A stretch of DNA of 64,000 nt from SAR202 cluster bacterium (GTDB taxonomy: Bacteria > Chloroflexota > Dehalococcoidia > Lucifugimonadales > UBA3495): positions 19,747-83,746 of the forward strand of contig JABMNL010000023.1 in assembly GCA_013204585.1 (NCBI GenBank), given 5' to 3'. The translations under genes were made by a program, and so were the position numbers. The notes below the pieces were generated by a model, which was given only the letters and a program-made list of their open reading frames with translations, searched no databases and had not been told where the DNA came from. Shown piece after piece: positions 50,488-58,866 of the stretch. Numbering within the stretch: the stretch's first letter is position 1; the number at the start of each line of letters is the position of its first letter.

Positions 50488-51852
50488 CTATTGCTTGCCT
50501 TTAAACACCAGCCTGAGGTGGGTGCGGTCGAAACCGAAGGTGTCGCGTATCTTATTTTCCAGATAGCGCTGGTACGTGTAGTGTACTAGTTCGGGATTAT
50601 TGCACGTGAAAAGGAAGGTGGGCGGGTTTACCCCAACCTGTTGTAGCCGGTTTATCTGGACGCGCTGCCCCCGGTGCTTTCTGACCACCGGAGGTTGATG
50701 AGCAGCTAGGGCGTCGGCCAGCATGAACTGGAGGTCTCGGGAGCGTATCAGTCGTAGGCGCTCTGTCCACAGGTCTTGGGCGGTGTCCATCAATGACTTT
50801 ATTCCCTCGCCTTCCAGCGCAGAGGTAAAGCAAATGGGAACGTAGGGCATGAAATGGAGGCGTTCTCTGAGTGTGGCGATGGCGTGGTATCTAGCGCCGG
50901 CCCCGTCATCGGCAAACAGATCCCATTTGTTGATTACTACAATCAATCCCTTGCAGATGTCCCAGGCCAGCCCGGCAATGTGGGAGTCTTGGGCGGTTGC
51001 CAACTCCGACGCATCGGTCACCAGGAGGGTAATATCGCTGCGGTTAACCGCGCCCACCGCCCGGATTACGCTGAATTTTTCGATTCCCTGTGAGACAGCG
51101 CCCGGACGGCGTATCCCTGCAGTATCTATCACCACGACCTCGCGGCCGTTATAGGTAATCTGGGTGTCCAACGCATCCCTGGTGGTTCCTGCCACGTCGC
51201 TTACGATGGACCGTTCTTGCCCTAGAATCGCATTCAGCAGGCTCGACTTGCCCACATTGGTCCGGCCTACGATGGCCAGGTTCAGCGAGTCCCGCCGGAA
51301 GGTTGGCGTGGCGCCATCCTCTTCCAAGAGTTCTTCATCGTCCACCGCGACTTCGGGCTGTAAATAAGAGGTTACTCGGTCCATCAAGGTTTGGATGCCG
51401 TAATTGTGAAAGGCGCTGATGGGTTCCGGGTCGCCCATGCCGAGGCTGTAGAACTCGGGAGAACCGAATTCCCTGGTATCGTTGTCGACTTTATTAACGG
51501 CTAGCACCACCGGTTTCTTGGTAACCCGTAGCATCGCGGCTGCGTCAGTGTCCGAAGGCGTCATGCCTTCCACCACGTCGGTCACGAGAATAATCACATC
51601 GGCGTCGGCTATTGCCATTGCCGCTTGCTCTTGGACTTTCTGCCTGATGTCGCCGTCGGGGTGGGGTTCCAGTCCGCCAGTGTCCAGCAAAATAAAATGG
51701 TAGTCGCCCCACCAGGCGTCGGCGATCAAGCGGTCGCGGGTGGTGCCCGCAACGTCGGAGACAATTGCTTGGCGCCGTCCGACGATTCGGTTGAACAGCG
51801 ATGATTTACCGACGTTTGGGCGGCCTATGATTGCTACTATTGGGATGGACAA
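50488..51852 (-). CDS. der: ribosome-biogenesis GTPase Der (EngA)
   Basis: Two GTPase domains (GRPNVGKSSLFN / DTGG / NKVD and GRTNVGKSSLLN / DTAG / NKWD) plus a KH-like C-terminus. Confidence 0.93.
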   Translation of the reverse strand: MSIPIVAIIGRPNVGKSSLFNRIVGRRQAIVSDVAGTTRDRLIADAWWGDYHFILLDTGGLEPHPDGDIRQKVQEQAAMAIADADVIILVTDVVEGMTPSDTDAAAMLRVTKKPVVLAVNKVDNDTREFGSPEFYSLGMGDPEPISAFHNYGIQTLMDRVTSYLQPEVAVDDEELLEEDGATPTFRRDSLNLAIVGRTNVGKSSLLNAILGQERSIVSDVAGTTRDALDTQITYNGREVVVIDTAGIRRPGAVSQGIEKFSVIRAVGAVNRSDITLLVTDASELATAQDSHIAGLAWDICKGLIVVINKWDLFADDGAGARYHAIATLRERLHFMPYVPICFTSALEGEGIKSLMDTAQDLWTERLRLIRSRDLQFMLADALAAHQPPVVRKHRGQRVQINRLQQVGVNPPTFLFTCNNPELVHYTYQRYLENKIRDTFGFDRTHLRLVFKGKQ

Positions 51853-51893
51853 AACAACACCATTTGAGGACTTAAATTAGGTCGGCGCCGGGG

Positions 51894-52832
51894 TTAGTTT
51901 CCGGTTAGTAGAAATTCCAAAATTGTCTTTTGGGCATGGAGGCGATTGTGGGCTTGAAGAAATGCCACCGATTGGGGATGTTCCAACATCCCGGGCGGCA
52001 CCTCTTCTCCGTAATGGGCTGGCATGTCGTGCATGAACAGAGCGCCGGGGTTGGCCCGCTCCATCAACGCCGGGTCAACCGTGTATCCGGCGAAATCCGA
52101 GTGCCGTGCCTTGGTTTCTGCCTCTTGGCCCATGCTTGCCCAAACATCGGTATACACAACGTCGGCCCCCATCACCGCCTCGTTAGGGTCGGTTAGGGCC
52201 CGCACCTTGACCGATGCCCCGTTCGCCCTCGACTGGGCAATCTGCATCGACTCGTCATCCAGATTATACCCTTGGGGAGACGCGCTGGCGAAATTCATGC
52301 CTACAGCCGGTAAGGCCAGGCACAGACTGCGCGCCACATTGTTACCGTCACCGACGTAGGCGAGGCTAAGGCCTTTTAGACCGCCGTTTTGTTCCGTTCC
52401 TTTGTGTTCATAGATCGTCAGCAGGTCGGCCATAATCTGGCACGGGTGCTCTTGGTCAGAAAGAGCGTTGATTACTGGCACGCTGGCATGTTTTGCCAGC
52501 TCCGCGATGTGGTCGTGGTTGGAAATTCTGGCCACGATGCAGTCCACGTAGCCAGATAGCACGTTGGCGACATCCGAGATTGGTTCGCGGTTACCCAGGC
52601 CTACTTCCTGTTGCCCTAGAAATACCGAATATCCGCCAAGCTGCTCAATGCCAACCTGGAAGCTCACTCTGGTGCGCAGGGATGGCTTGTCGAACAGAAT
52701 AGCCACCGACTTCCCAGCCAACGGCTTGCTACCGCTGGGTGTTTGCTTGGAGTCACGGGCCCGCTTGATTAGGCTCAGCGTCTCGGCTGGGGTAATGTCG
52801 GTTACGGACAGAAAATCTCGTTTGTTCGGCAT
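51894..52832 (-). CDS. argF: ornithine carbamoyltransferase
   Basis: FDKPSLRTRVSF, HPCQIMADLLT, DVWASMG and HDMPAH. Start moved to ATG 52832 (AAGGA RBS 8 nt upstream). The 85-aa upstream extension in the ORF track has no family counterpart. Confidence 0.9.
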   Translation of the reverse strand: MPNKRDFLSVTDITPAETLSLIKRARDSKQTPSGSKPLAGKSVAILFDKPSLRTRVSFQVGIEQLGGYSVFLGQQEVGLGNREPISDVANVLSGYVDCIVARISNHDHIAELAKHASVPVINALSDQEHPCQIMADLLTIYEHKGTEQNGGLKGLSLAYVGDGNNVARSLCLALPAVGMNFASASPQGYNLDDESMQIAQSRANGASVKVRALTDPNEAVMGADVVYTDVWASMGQEAETKARHSDFAGYTVDPALMERANPGALFMHDMPAHYGEEVPPGMLEHPQSVAFLQAHNRLHAQKTILEFLLTGN

Positions 52833-53092
52833 TGATGGGTTCCTTGGGTTTTCCTTTAGTTGGTGGGCGTGCTTTGCAGATTTGCCTTTAACATTATAGG
52901 GGTTGCGATAGGGATTGCGCTGGACGTTGGGGGTAGCAGCTAAAACTGCCGAATCTTCACGTTGGACCAAGGCGTAGATTGCGCCTGGCGGACTATCTGC
53001 TATTATGTGTGGGCGCACGTCTAAAGCCGGTAGCAAACGGAGCCTACCGGCGTCTAGTGGAGCGTGTCGTAATGCGTAGGAGGCCAAGCAGC

Positions 53093-53446
53093 ATGGTGAG
53101 CCCAGGTATTAGTCCAGGCTTGAAAGGTGAAAAGCAGACGTTGGTCTGTGAACACAATGTGGCAAACCATGTGGGCAAGTTCAGCACCCCTTCCATGATT
53201 CGGCTTATGGAACAGGCTGCATCGGCCGGTGTTGACGATTACCTACAAGACGGCGAAGTCTCGGTGGGAATTGAAGTTAACGTGCGGCACCTGGCGGCCG
53301 CCGATATCGGTGCGACCATCGTGGCCCATGCCGAACTGATTGAGATCGAACGGAATCACCTTACATTCAGTGTAGATGCCTACGACGCTGATAAAAAGAT
53401 TGGCGAAGGCACGCACAAAAGAGCAATCATCACGCCCCGCGGCTAA
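53093..53446 (+). CDS. hotdog-fold thioesterase (FlK-like)
   Basis: ATG 53093 after AGGAGG. About 117 aa with STPSMIRLMEQAA ... VGIEVNVRHLAAADIG ... IGEGTHKRAII. Confidence 0.6.
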   Translation: MVSPGISPGLKGEKQTLVCEHNVANHVGKFSTPSMIRLMEQAASAGVDDYLQDGEVSVGIEVNVRHLAAADIGATIVAHAELIEIERNHLTFSVDAYDADKKIGEGTHKRAIITPRG

Positions 53447-53511
53447 TTTAAGCCGCTGGTTACTGAATCCATTTGGGGGCCCAAACTTGAATCTGACCTG
53501 GAGAGATTAGC

Positions 53512-54780
53512 ATGGCTAATATGGAGCACGTACAACTCGTTAAGCGGGGCCGCGACCACGTAGCCCGCTGGCGGGAAGCCAACCCCGAAGACAATCTAGA
53601 CCTTAACGCAGCCTACATGAGCTACATGAGGGCACCTCAGGTGGACATCAGTGGAGCAGACGTTAGGAATTCTGACTTGATGGGCGCAGTGTTGCAGCGG
53701 GCCAACCTTTCTGGTTGTTTTCTGAACCCCTGCCACCTCTATCACGCCAATTTGAGAGAGGCAAATCTCACCAAGGCCCGCATGAATGGGGCCAACCTCC
53801 GCGGTGCCGACTTGCGGGGAGCGGACCTTTCGGGCGCAGACCTAGACCGAGCCATTCTTTCTGATGCCAACCTGACCGGCGCGAAACTAATCAACACCAA
53901 CCTGTCTAGGGCCAGTCTGGCGGGGGCCGACCTCACCGGCGCTGACCTCACTGGAGCGAGCTTCGCTGGCGCATCGTTGGTCCGGGCGAATATGACCAAT
54001 GCCATTTGTTCCAACAGCGATTTCTTCCAGACCCAGTTCTGGAGTGTGGTTATGACCGGGGCTGACCTGACAAATAGCTTGTTTGGCTACTCTGTTATTC
54101 AGGACTGCGACCTGAGCGAAGTGAAGGGTTTGAATCAGGTACGTCATGATTGCCCCAGCACGGTGGGCCTTGACTCGTTGTTTCGCTCCCACGGTCAAAT
54201 TCCAGAGTCGTTCTTGAAGGGTATTGGTTTGCCTGCCGCCGCCGTCGGATTTCTGGAGACGGCCAAGGGCGACACAAGCGATTTGGGCGAAGTCTTTATC
54301 TCTTGTATAGACGAGGATGAGGAACTCGCCAAGTCTTTGCGAGACGATCTGCGCGCCCATGGTGTCCGCTGTTGGGTTTTCTCCCAGAAAGTCCGGGGTA
54401 ACCCATTGGTGGAGCGCCATAGCACCTCAGACCAAGAAGAGATTGAGCGCTGGGTGCGTTCATACGACAAGATGATTGTGTTGGGGTCGGCCAAATCTCT
54501 GGAAGTCGAGGCGGTGCTGAACGACATCACCCACGCCAAGGAATTGCAGCTAACTTCTGAGAAGTGGACGCTGTTCTTGGGCGCCACCGACGATGCCCTT
54601 GCGGAGCCAAAGGCCAGGTTCGCTCGTGCGCTAGCTGCCGAGCACGTGGTGTTTGACGTGCGGAGCAGCGACGCTGACACCTACAAGACAGAAGTGGCCC
54701 GCTTGGCTGAGGCCCTCAAGCAAGAACAGCCCGCCAGCGCTGGCATTCCCGTTTCCAACGTTAGCGTGGACCAACTGTAG
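53512..54780 (+). CDS. pentapeptide-repeat / TIR-like domain fusion protein
   Basis: Residues ~31-210 are continuous A(D/N)LxG-type pentapeptides (e.g. ANLRGADLRGADLSGADLDRAILSDANLTGAKL). After a linker GLDSLFRSHGQIPESFLKGIGLP, residues ~260-400 start with the TIR-type strand-helix-strand VFISCIDEDEELAKSLRDDLRAHGVRCWVF. Confidence 0.7.
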   Translation: MANMEHVQLVKRGRDHVARWREANPEDNLDLNAAYMSYMRAPQVDISGADVRNSDLMGAVLQRANLSGCFLNPCHLYHANLREANLTKARMNGANLRGADLRGADLSGADLDRAILSDANLTGAKLINTNLSRASLAGADLTGADLTGASFAGASLVRANMTNAICSNSDFFQTQFWSVVMTGADLTNSLFGYSVIQDCDLSEVKGLNQVRHDCPSTVGLDSLFRSHGQIPESFLKGIGLPAAAVGFLETAKGDTSDLGEVFISCIDEDEELAKSLRDDLRAHGVRCWVFSQKVRGNPLVERHSTSDQEEIERWVRSYDKMIVLGSAKSLEVEAVLNDITHAKELQLTSEKWTLFLGATDDALAEPKARFARALAAEHVVFDVRSSDADTYKTEVARLAEALKQEQPASAGIPVSNVSVDQL

Positions 54781-54817
54781 GCGGTCCAACCGCCGCCATC
54801 AAATTCGGTTGCCAAAG

Positions 54818-54848
54818 GGCCGGAGATATTTCTCTCCGGCCCTTTTTT
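54818..54848 (+). terminator. intrinsic terminator after the TIR gene
   Basis: 10-bp stem gggccggaga / tctccggccc followed by T6. Confidence 0.8.
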
Positions 54849-54894
54849 GTTGAGGCTGAAATGTCGGCGGCCATGTTGGATATTCATGTCGCTT

Positions 54895-54923
54895 GTAGGG
54901 GCGGGTTTCAAACCCGCCCTTAC
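54895..54923. repeat. type-B palindromic element
   Basis: gtaggggcgggtttcaaacccgcccttac. Confidence 0.85.
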
Positions 54924-54991
54924 TTGAGCGGAGTCATGGTGATTTAAGTTAACCGAGGGTGCTTTCGCCTTCATTGTGGCGGTTAGCAGCT

Positions 54992-55021
54992 CCGTTATTC
55001 CAGCGAAAGCTGGAATAACGG
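54992..55021. repeat. third palindromic element type (CCGTTATTCCAGC GAAA GCTGGAATAACGG)
   Basis: Perfect 13-bp inverted repeat with a GAAA loop. Confidence 0.85.
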
Positions 55022-55098
55022 GTGGCTGGTCGGTGAGTCGCTATTTAACCGCGTTCGGGATTATGTGGTATTCCGACGATTGCTTGACTAACGGGGGT

Positions 55099-55122
55099 CC
55101 TTCGACGGGCTCAGGATGAGCG
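55099..55122 (+). repeat. TTCGACGGGCTCA-core short repeat, copy 1
   Basis: ccttcgacgggctcaggatgagcg. Confidence 0.8.
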
Positions 55123-55196
55123 ATTGCCAACTTTGCCAAACAGGGCTATTCCCTTATGAGACAGTGGGTTTCCACAGAACCATGATTTAGGCGAAC

Positions 55197-55221
55197 CCTT
55201 CGACGGAGCTCAGGACGAGCG
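55197..55221 (+). repeat. TTCGACGG(A)GCTCA-core short repeat, copy 2
   Basis: ccttcgacggagctcaggacgagcg. Confidence 0.8.
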
Positions 55222-55286
55222 GTTGTGTTGTTAATCTTCAACACGATTTGGATGGCTACTCTATTAGCGATGAGAACCCATCGATC

Positions 55287-55309
55287 GTTCATGGTGAGCC
55301 CGTCGAACC
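55287..55309 (-). repeat. TTCGACGGGCTCA-core short repeat, copy 3 (inverted)
   Basis: The plus strand reads gttcatggtgagcccgtcgaacc. Its reverse complement is ggttcgacgggctcaccatgaac. Confidence 0.75.
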
Positions 55310-55444
55310 ACTGGTTGTGGTTCGATATGTTGTGCCAACAAACCAACGTATTTAGATTAGTGCGTAGGCCGGAAACCGGGTCGTGGGGGAGTGCTGCCCT
55401 GGGAATAGAGGTGTAGTTCCCAATGGATTGGAATGTGTGGCAAA

Positions 55445-55479
55445 TAAAAAAGAGGCCCGCCATTCGGCAGGCCTCTTTT
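55445..55479 (-). terminator. intrinsic terminator of the RdhA-like gene
   Basis: aaaaaagaggcccgccattcggcaggcctctttt. Read on the minus strand, the hairpin is followed by T6. Confidence 0.7.
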
Positions 55480-55511
55480 GATACCTAGGTTAGGTGGTTT
55501 CCGAGGGCTAC

Positions 55512-56786
55512 TTAAATGTAGTCTTCTTCTTCCATCATTTCGAGGTTGTCACGGCTCTGGGACAGTCCGAGCTTAACTTCCTCACGGAAGGAGTTCATCA
55601 GCTCGTCGCTGATTTCTCCACCGGCTTCAATGGCTTGCTTCTTGAACTTCTCGAACGCCCACTCTTCAGTGTCGCCGTGAGGCATGGCGTTGAAGAACTC
55701 ACGCTCGAACACTGGCAGTTCGCCAGGTCCGAAGTAGCCCTTGCCTTCAATCTCGTAGCCTTCCAGGTCGTGGGTTCCCTTTCCGAGAACCTGACCGGTG
55801 GCTGCGTAGTGCTCCATCACAGATCCCATTCCGTACTTCTGGATGGGGCAAACCTTCATGCAGATACCGCAGCCCAGGTAGCGGGCCATTACGGGGCGGC
55901 AGCGCTTGAAGTAGAGTTTGTTCTTTTCGATGCCTCTCCACCAAACCTTGTCACGCATCAGGGCGCGACCGGGGCAGCGGTTTACGCAGACCTGACAAAC
56001 CTGACAGAAGGCGTGGATGCCGTAGTCAATCGGTTGGTCATGGGTTACGTTGGCGTCGGTGGTGATGATCATGATGCGGCAGCGGGAGCCGACATGGGGG
56101 GTCAGCAGGTAACCGCAAGCGCCCAAGGAACCAAGACCGGCTGCTACAAACATGGGGATGTAGGGGCCAGTGTTGTCGTTGGGGCTGTGAACCTGGGCGC
56201 GGTAGCCCAAGCTCTGGACGAACTTAGCAACTTCCAGACCTGCGGCGCCTTCGGTGCGGTAGGTACTGGAGTGGACAATCTCAGCGTCAATGCTGGGAAT
56301 CGTCTGGGTGGGCTCGAAGTCTTGCTCGTAAGCCAGGCAAATGGCGTGAGGGAACTTCACCCAGTCCTTCTTCGAGTTGAAGGTGTACCGGTGGTCGTAG
56401 GCAGTGATGCCCACTTCGATGTAACCGAGTTCACGGCACTTGGCCTTGATGGCTTCGGTGACATCGTCGCCGGTGGCAGCAGCCGTTGGCTCTTGGTCGC
56501 CGGTCAAACGGGCGGCCATGATTAACGGACGGTTGAGCTTGTCGTGCTCTTTCCGGATCTCGCGCATTTCTACGTGGTGATCCCGGATACCATTTGCCCA
56601 GTCACGAGAGGCTCTCTCGGTAATGTTCATGGTTTCCAGGGGGTACTCGCGGGCGTACCAGTCAACTTCGCGATTGTTCAGGGGAATACCTGGAACCGAT
56701 TCCAATTCCTCAGGAATCGGAATGGTGACGGACGCATCACCGGGGTACATTCCAGGCCTGACGATTTCGTGGCCTATCTTTAACAT
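55512..56786 (-). CDS. reductive dehalogenase / epoxyqueuosine reductase superfamily Fe-S protein (RdhA-like, no Tat signal)
   Basis: Start moved to ATG 56786 (GGGAGG RBS 7 nt upstream). GYLLTPHVGSRCRIMIITTDANV, then CQVCQVCVNRCP (CxxCxxCxxxCP) and CRPVMARYLGCGICMKVCP (C-x10-CxxCxxxCP). There is no RR twin-arginine motif. Confidence 0.55.
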   Translation of the reverse strand: MLKIGHEIVRPGMYPGDASVTIPIPEELESVPGIPLNNREVDWYAREYPLETMNITERASRDWANGIRDHHVEMREIRKEHDKLNRPLIMAARLTGDQEPTAAATGDDVTEAIKAKCRELGYIEVGITAYDHRYTFNSKKDWVKFPHAICLAYEQDFEPTQTIPSIDAEIVHSSTYRTEGAAGLEVAKFVQSLGYRAQVHSPNDNTGPYIPMFVAAGLGSLGACGYLLTPHVGSRCRIMIITTDANVTHDQPIDYGIHAFCQVCQVCVNRCPGRALMRDKVWWRGIEKNKLYFKRCRPVMARYLGCGICMKVCPIQKYGMGSVMEHYAATGQVLGKGTHDLEGYEIEGKGYFGPGELPVFEREFFNAMPHGDTEEWAFEKFKKQAIEAGGEISDELMNSFREEVKLGLSQSRDNLEMMEEEDYI

Positions 56787-57018
56787 GCCTGTCCCTCCCA
56801 AAAATAGTAATAGCTGGGCTCGTGGGCTCGGCTTTTCGCCTTGTTCCAAACAATAGCGGTGGGCAAATTATTTGTCAAGACTATTTCCTGGCTAAAAGTG
56901 TATTCGATTATTAAATAAACATCAACACATTGTTTGATATTTGCGGGGTACCGTAATATTTATGTCGAAATAATCTAAGGGATACCAAATTTATCGACGA
57001 ATATCGTTGTAGATACCC

Positions 57019-58695
57019 TTACCCGCCCGTACGGCGGGCAATCATCGCATCGGCTAAGGGACTGGCACCTGACCGAATTGCGATGTCAACCAATGAAGGA
57101 CGACCCGATGCCAGGGCTCGTCCCACCGCCGGGCCTACATCTGCGGGTTTATCTACGTGTTCGGTGTAGCCGCCAATGGCTTCAACCACCTTGTCGTAGC
57201 GTATTGGCCGCAGGTCTGTCCCAACAGCGCGGTTGTAATAGGCAACCTGGAAGGTCTTGTCGATACCCCAGGTATGGTCGTTGCCCAACACGGTGGTGAT
57301 ATTGATGTTGTGCCGGATGCAGGTGTCGTACTCCATCGAATAGAAGCCGAAGGCCCCGTCTCCAGAGAAGGCCAAAACCTTGCTGTCGGGATAGGCCAAT
57401 TTGGCTGCCATGGCATAGGGCACTGCGGCGCCCAAATGGCTCAAGGGTCCTAGCCGTTGGAACCGGCCCGGTTTGCGCGCTTTCAAGAACGACCGGCCCC
57501 ACTGCACGTAATCGCCCCCGTCCATCACCAAGACCGTGTCTTCGTCCAAGTGCTGTTCCAGGTTGGTGTATACATCCAATGGATGCATTGGCTCTTGGCC
57601 GTCAGCTTTGGACCGTAATTCCGCGTCCCAAGCCGCTGCGTCTTTATTGAGCTGCTCCACCCAGGGTGAAATGTTCTCTTTGGAAGCCGTGCCGGCTTTG
57701 CATGCTGCGGTAATCTGCTCTACCACCGCGCCCAGGTCTCCTTCAATTCCCACGGCCACGCCACGGTTGCGGCCGATTTCGGCGGCAGACGGGTCGGCCT
57801 GGATAATCTTGGCCGAATCCGAGAAGGCCCCACCGTACCGGAACCGGTGGTCCATCCGTTTGCCTAATAGCAGCACAACGTCGGCTTCCCTGAAACGTCT
57901 TGCCGTGGGGTTCAGCGCCCCGTCGGCATACCCGAAGCATAGAGGGTGTTCGTCATCCAACAAACCCCGTGCCTGTTCCACGGTAAATACGGGGATGCCC
58001 GTGGACTCGGCCAGTTCTTGCAGTTGGGCCGGGTCTACGGAATAGCGAGCTGGGTTGCCGGCGATAATAACGGGTTTCTTGGCTCCCCTTAATAGAGAGG
58101 CCGCTTGCTCTATTAGTACCGGGTCGCCCTGGGGCCGTCCGGTTGGTCGGTATTCCTGGGGCATGTACCGAGGCAAGTCCTCTTCAGAGATTTCGACTTC
58201 TTGCAGGTCAATGGGCAAAGTCAGATGCACCGGCCCTGGCCGTCCGGTCATTGCGGTACGGAAGGCCGTGGCCACCATCTCAGGAATTCGGGTCTTGTCG
58301 TGAATCTGCCAGGAACCCTTGGTGACCGGCTTGGTCATGCCAATCTGGTCAATCTCCTGAAAAGCAGTCATACCTTGTTCGGGCAGCGCGGCGGCCCCGG
58401 CAATGAAAATAACCGGGCTTTCAGATGTGTAGATTGCTGGGAGGGCGGAGATGGCGTTGGAGAAACCGGGCCCGCCAGTGAAAATACCGACTGCTGGTCG
58501 ACCCGTAATTCGGGCGTAGCCGTCGGCCATGTGTAGGGCGGCTCCTTCGTGCCGGGCATCGATGAATTGGATACCCTCGTCTTCGGCGGCGTCCACGAGA
58601 GGCAGAATGGTGTCACCAACGATGGTGAATACCTTCTCGATGCCTTCCATCTTGAGACAACGGATAAAAAGATGGGCTCCGGTTAGTTTGGCCAT
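57019..58695 (-). CDS. thiamine-diphosphate-dependent enzyme (acetolactate synthase large-subunit-like)
   Basis: Start moved to ATG 58695 (AGGAGGG RBS). GAHLFIRCLKMEGIEKVFTIVGD, HEGAALHMADGYAR, and the ThDP motif GDGAFGFYSMEYDTCIRHNINITTVLGNDHTWG. Confidence 0.85.
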   Translation of the reverse strand: MAKLTGAHLFIRCLKMEGIEKVFTIVGDTILPLVDAAEDEGIQFIDARHEGAALHMADGYARITGRPAVGIFTGGPGFSNAISALPAIYTSESPVIFIAGAAALPEQGMTAFQEIDQIGMTKPVTKGSWQIHDKTRIPEMVATAFRTAMTGRPGPVHLTLPIDLQEVEISEEDLPRYMPQEYRPTGRPQGDPVLIEQAASLLRGAKKPVIIAGNPARYSVDPAQLQELAESTGIPVFTVEQARGLLDDEHPLCFGYADGALNPTARRFREADVVLLLGKRMDHRFRYGGAFSDSAKIIQADPSAAEIGRNRGVAVGIEGDLGAVVEQITAACKAGTASKENISPWVEQLNKDAAAWDAELRSKADGQEPMHPLDVYTNLEQHLDEDTVLVMDGGDYVQWGRSFLKARKPGRFQRLGPLSHLGAAVPYAMAAKLAYPDSKVLAFSGDGAFGFYSMEYDTCIRHNINITTVLGNDHTWGIDKTFQVAYYNRAVGTDLRPIRYDKVVEAIGGYTEHVDKPADVGPAVGRALASGRPSLVDIAIRSGASPLADAMIARRTGG

Positions 58696-58866
58696 GGTCC
58701 CTCCTGGGCTATTTGGTTTTTGGGTTGTCTTGGTTTCTATTTGAGGCGTGTTAGGCGAGGGATTCGCCCTGGGTCGCCGCCCAAAAGAGCTTACTTGAGG
58801 ACACCCCTTCCGGCAAGGGCCGCTGGCGTATAAGCCATATAATAGGTAGCACAATGAAGAACTCGA

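Noticed and set aside
52833-53087. 85-aa N-terminal extension of the argF ORF
   Set aside because: OTCase homology begins at MPNKRDFLSV, which has a good RBS at the internal ATG 52832. The same reasoning trimmed the 5' ends of the ORFs at 58854, 16811, 11159, 10176, 19873, 35442, 39764, 45977 and 56849.
54681-55463. ORFs of 97 and 105 aa in the repeat patch
   Set aside because: They are translations of palindromic and short-repeat elements (GLKPAPT, WFDGLTMN, RPELRRRV). They have no RBS and are interrupted by hairpins.
55494-56525. 343-aa plus-strand ORF
   Set aside because: It is antisense to the RdhA-like gene. It has Gly/Val/Ala/Leu-rich composition with no motifs, typical of the shadow frame of a GC-rich gene. 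The minus-strand frame has Fe-S motifs, an RBS and a terminator.
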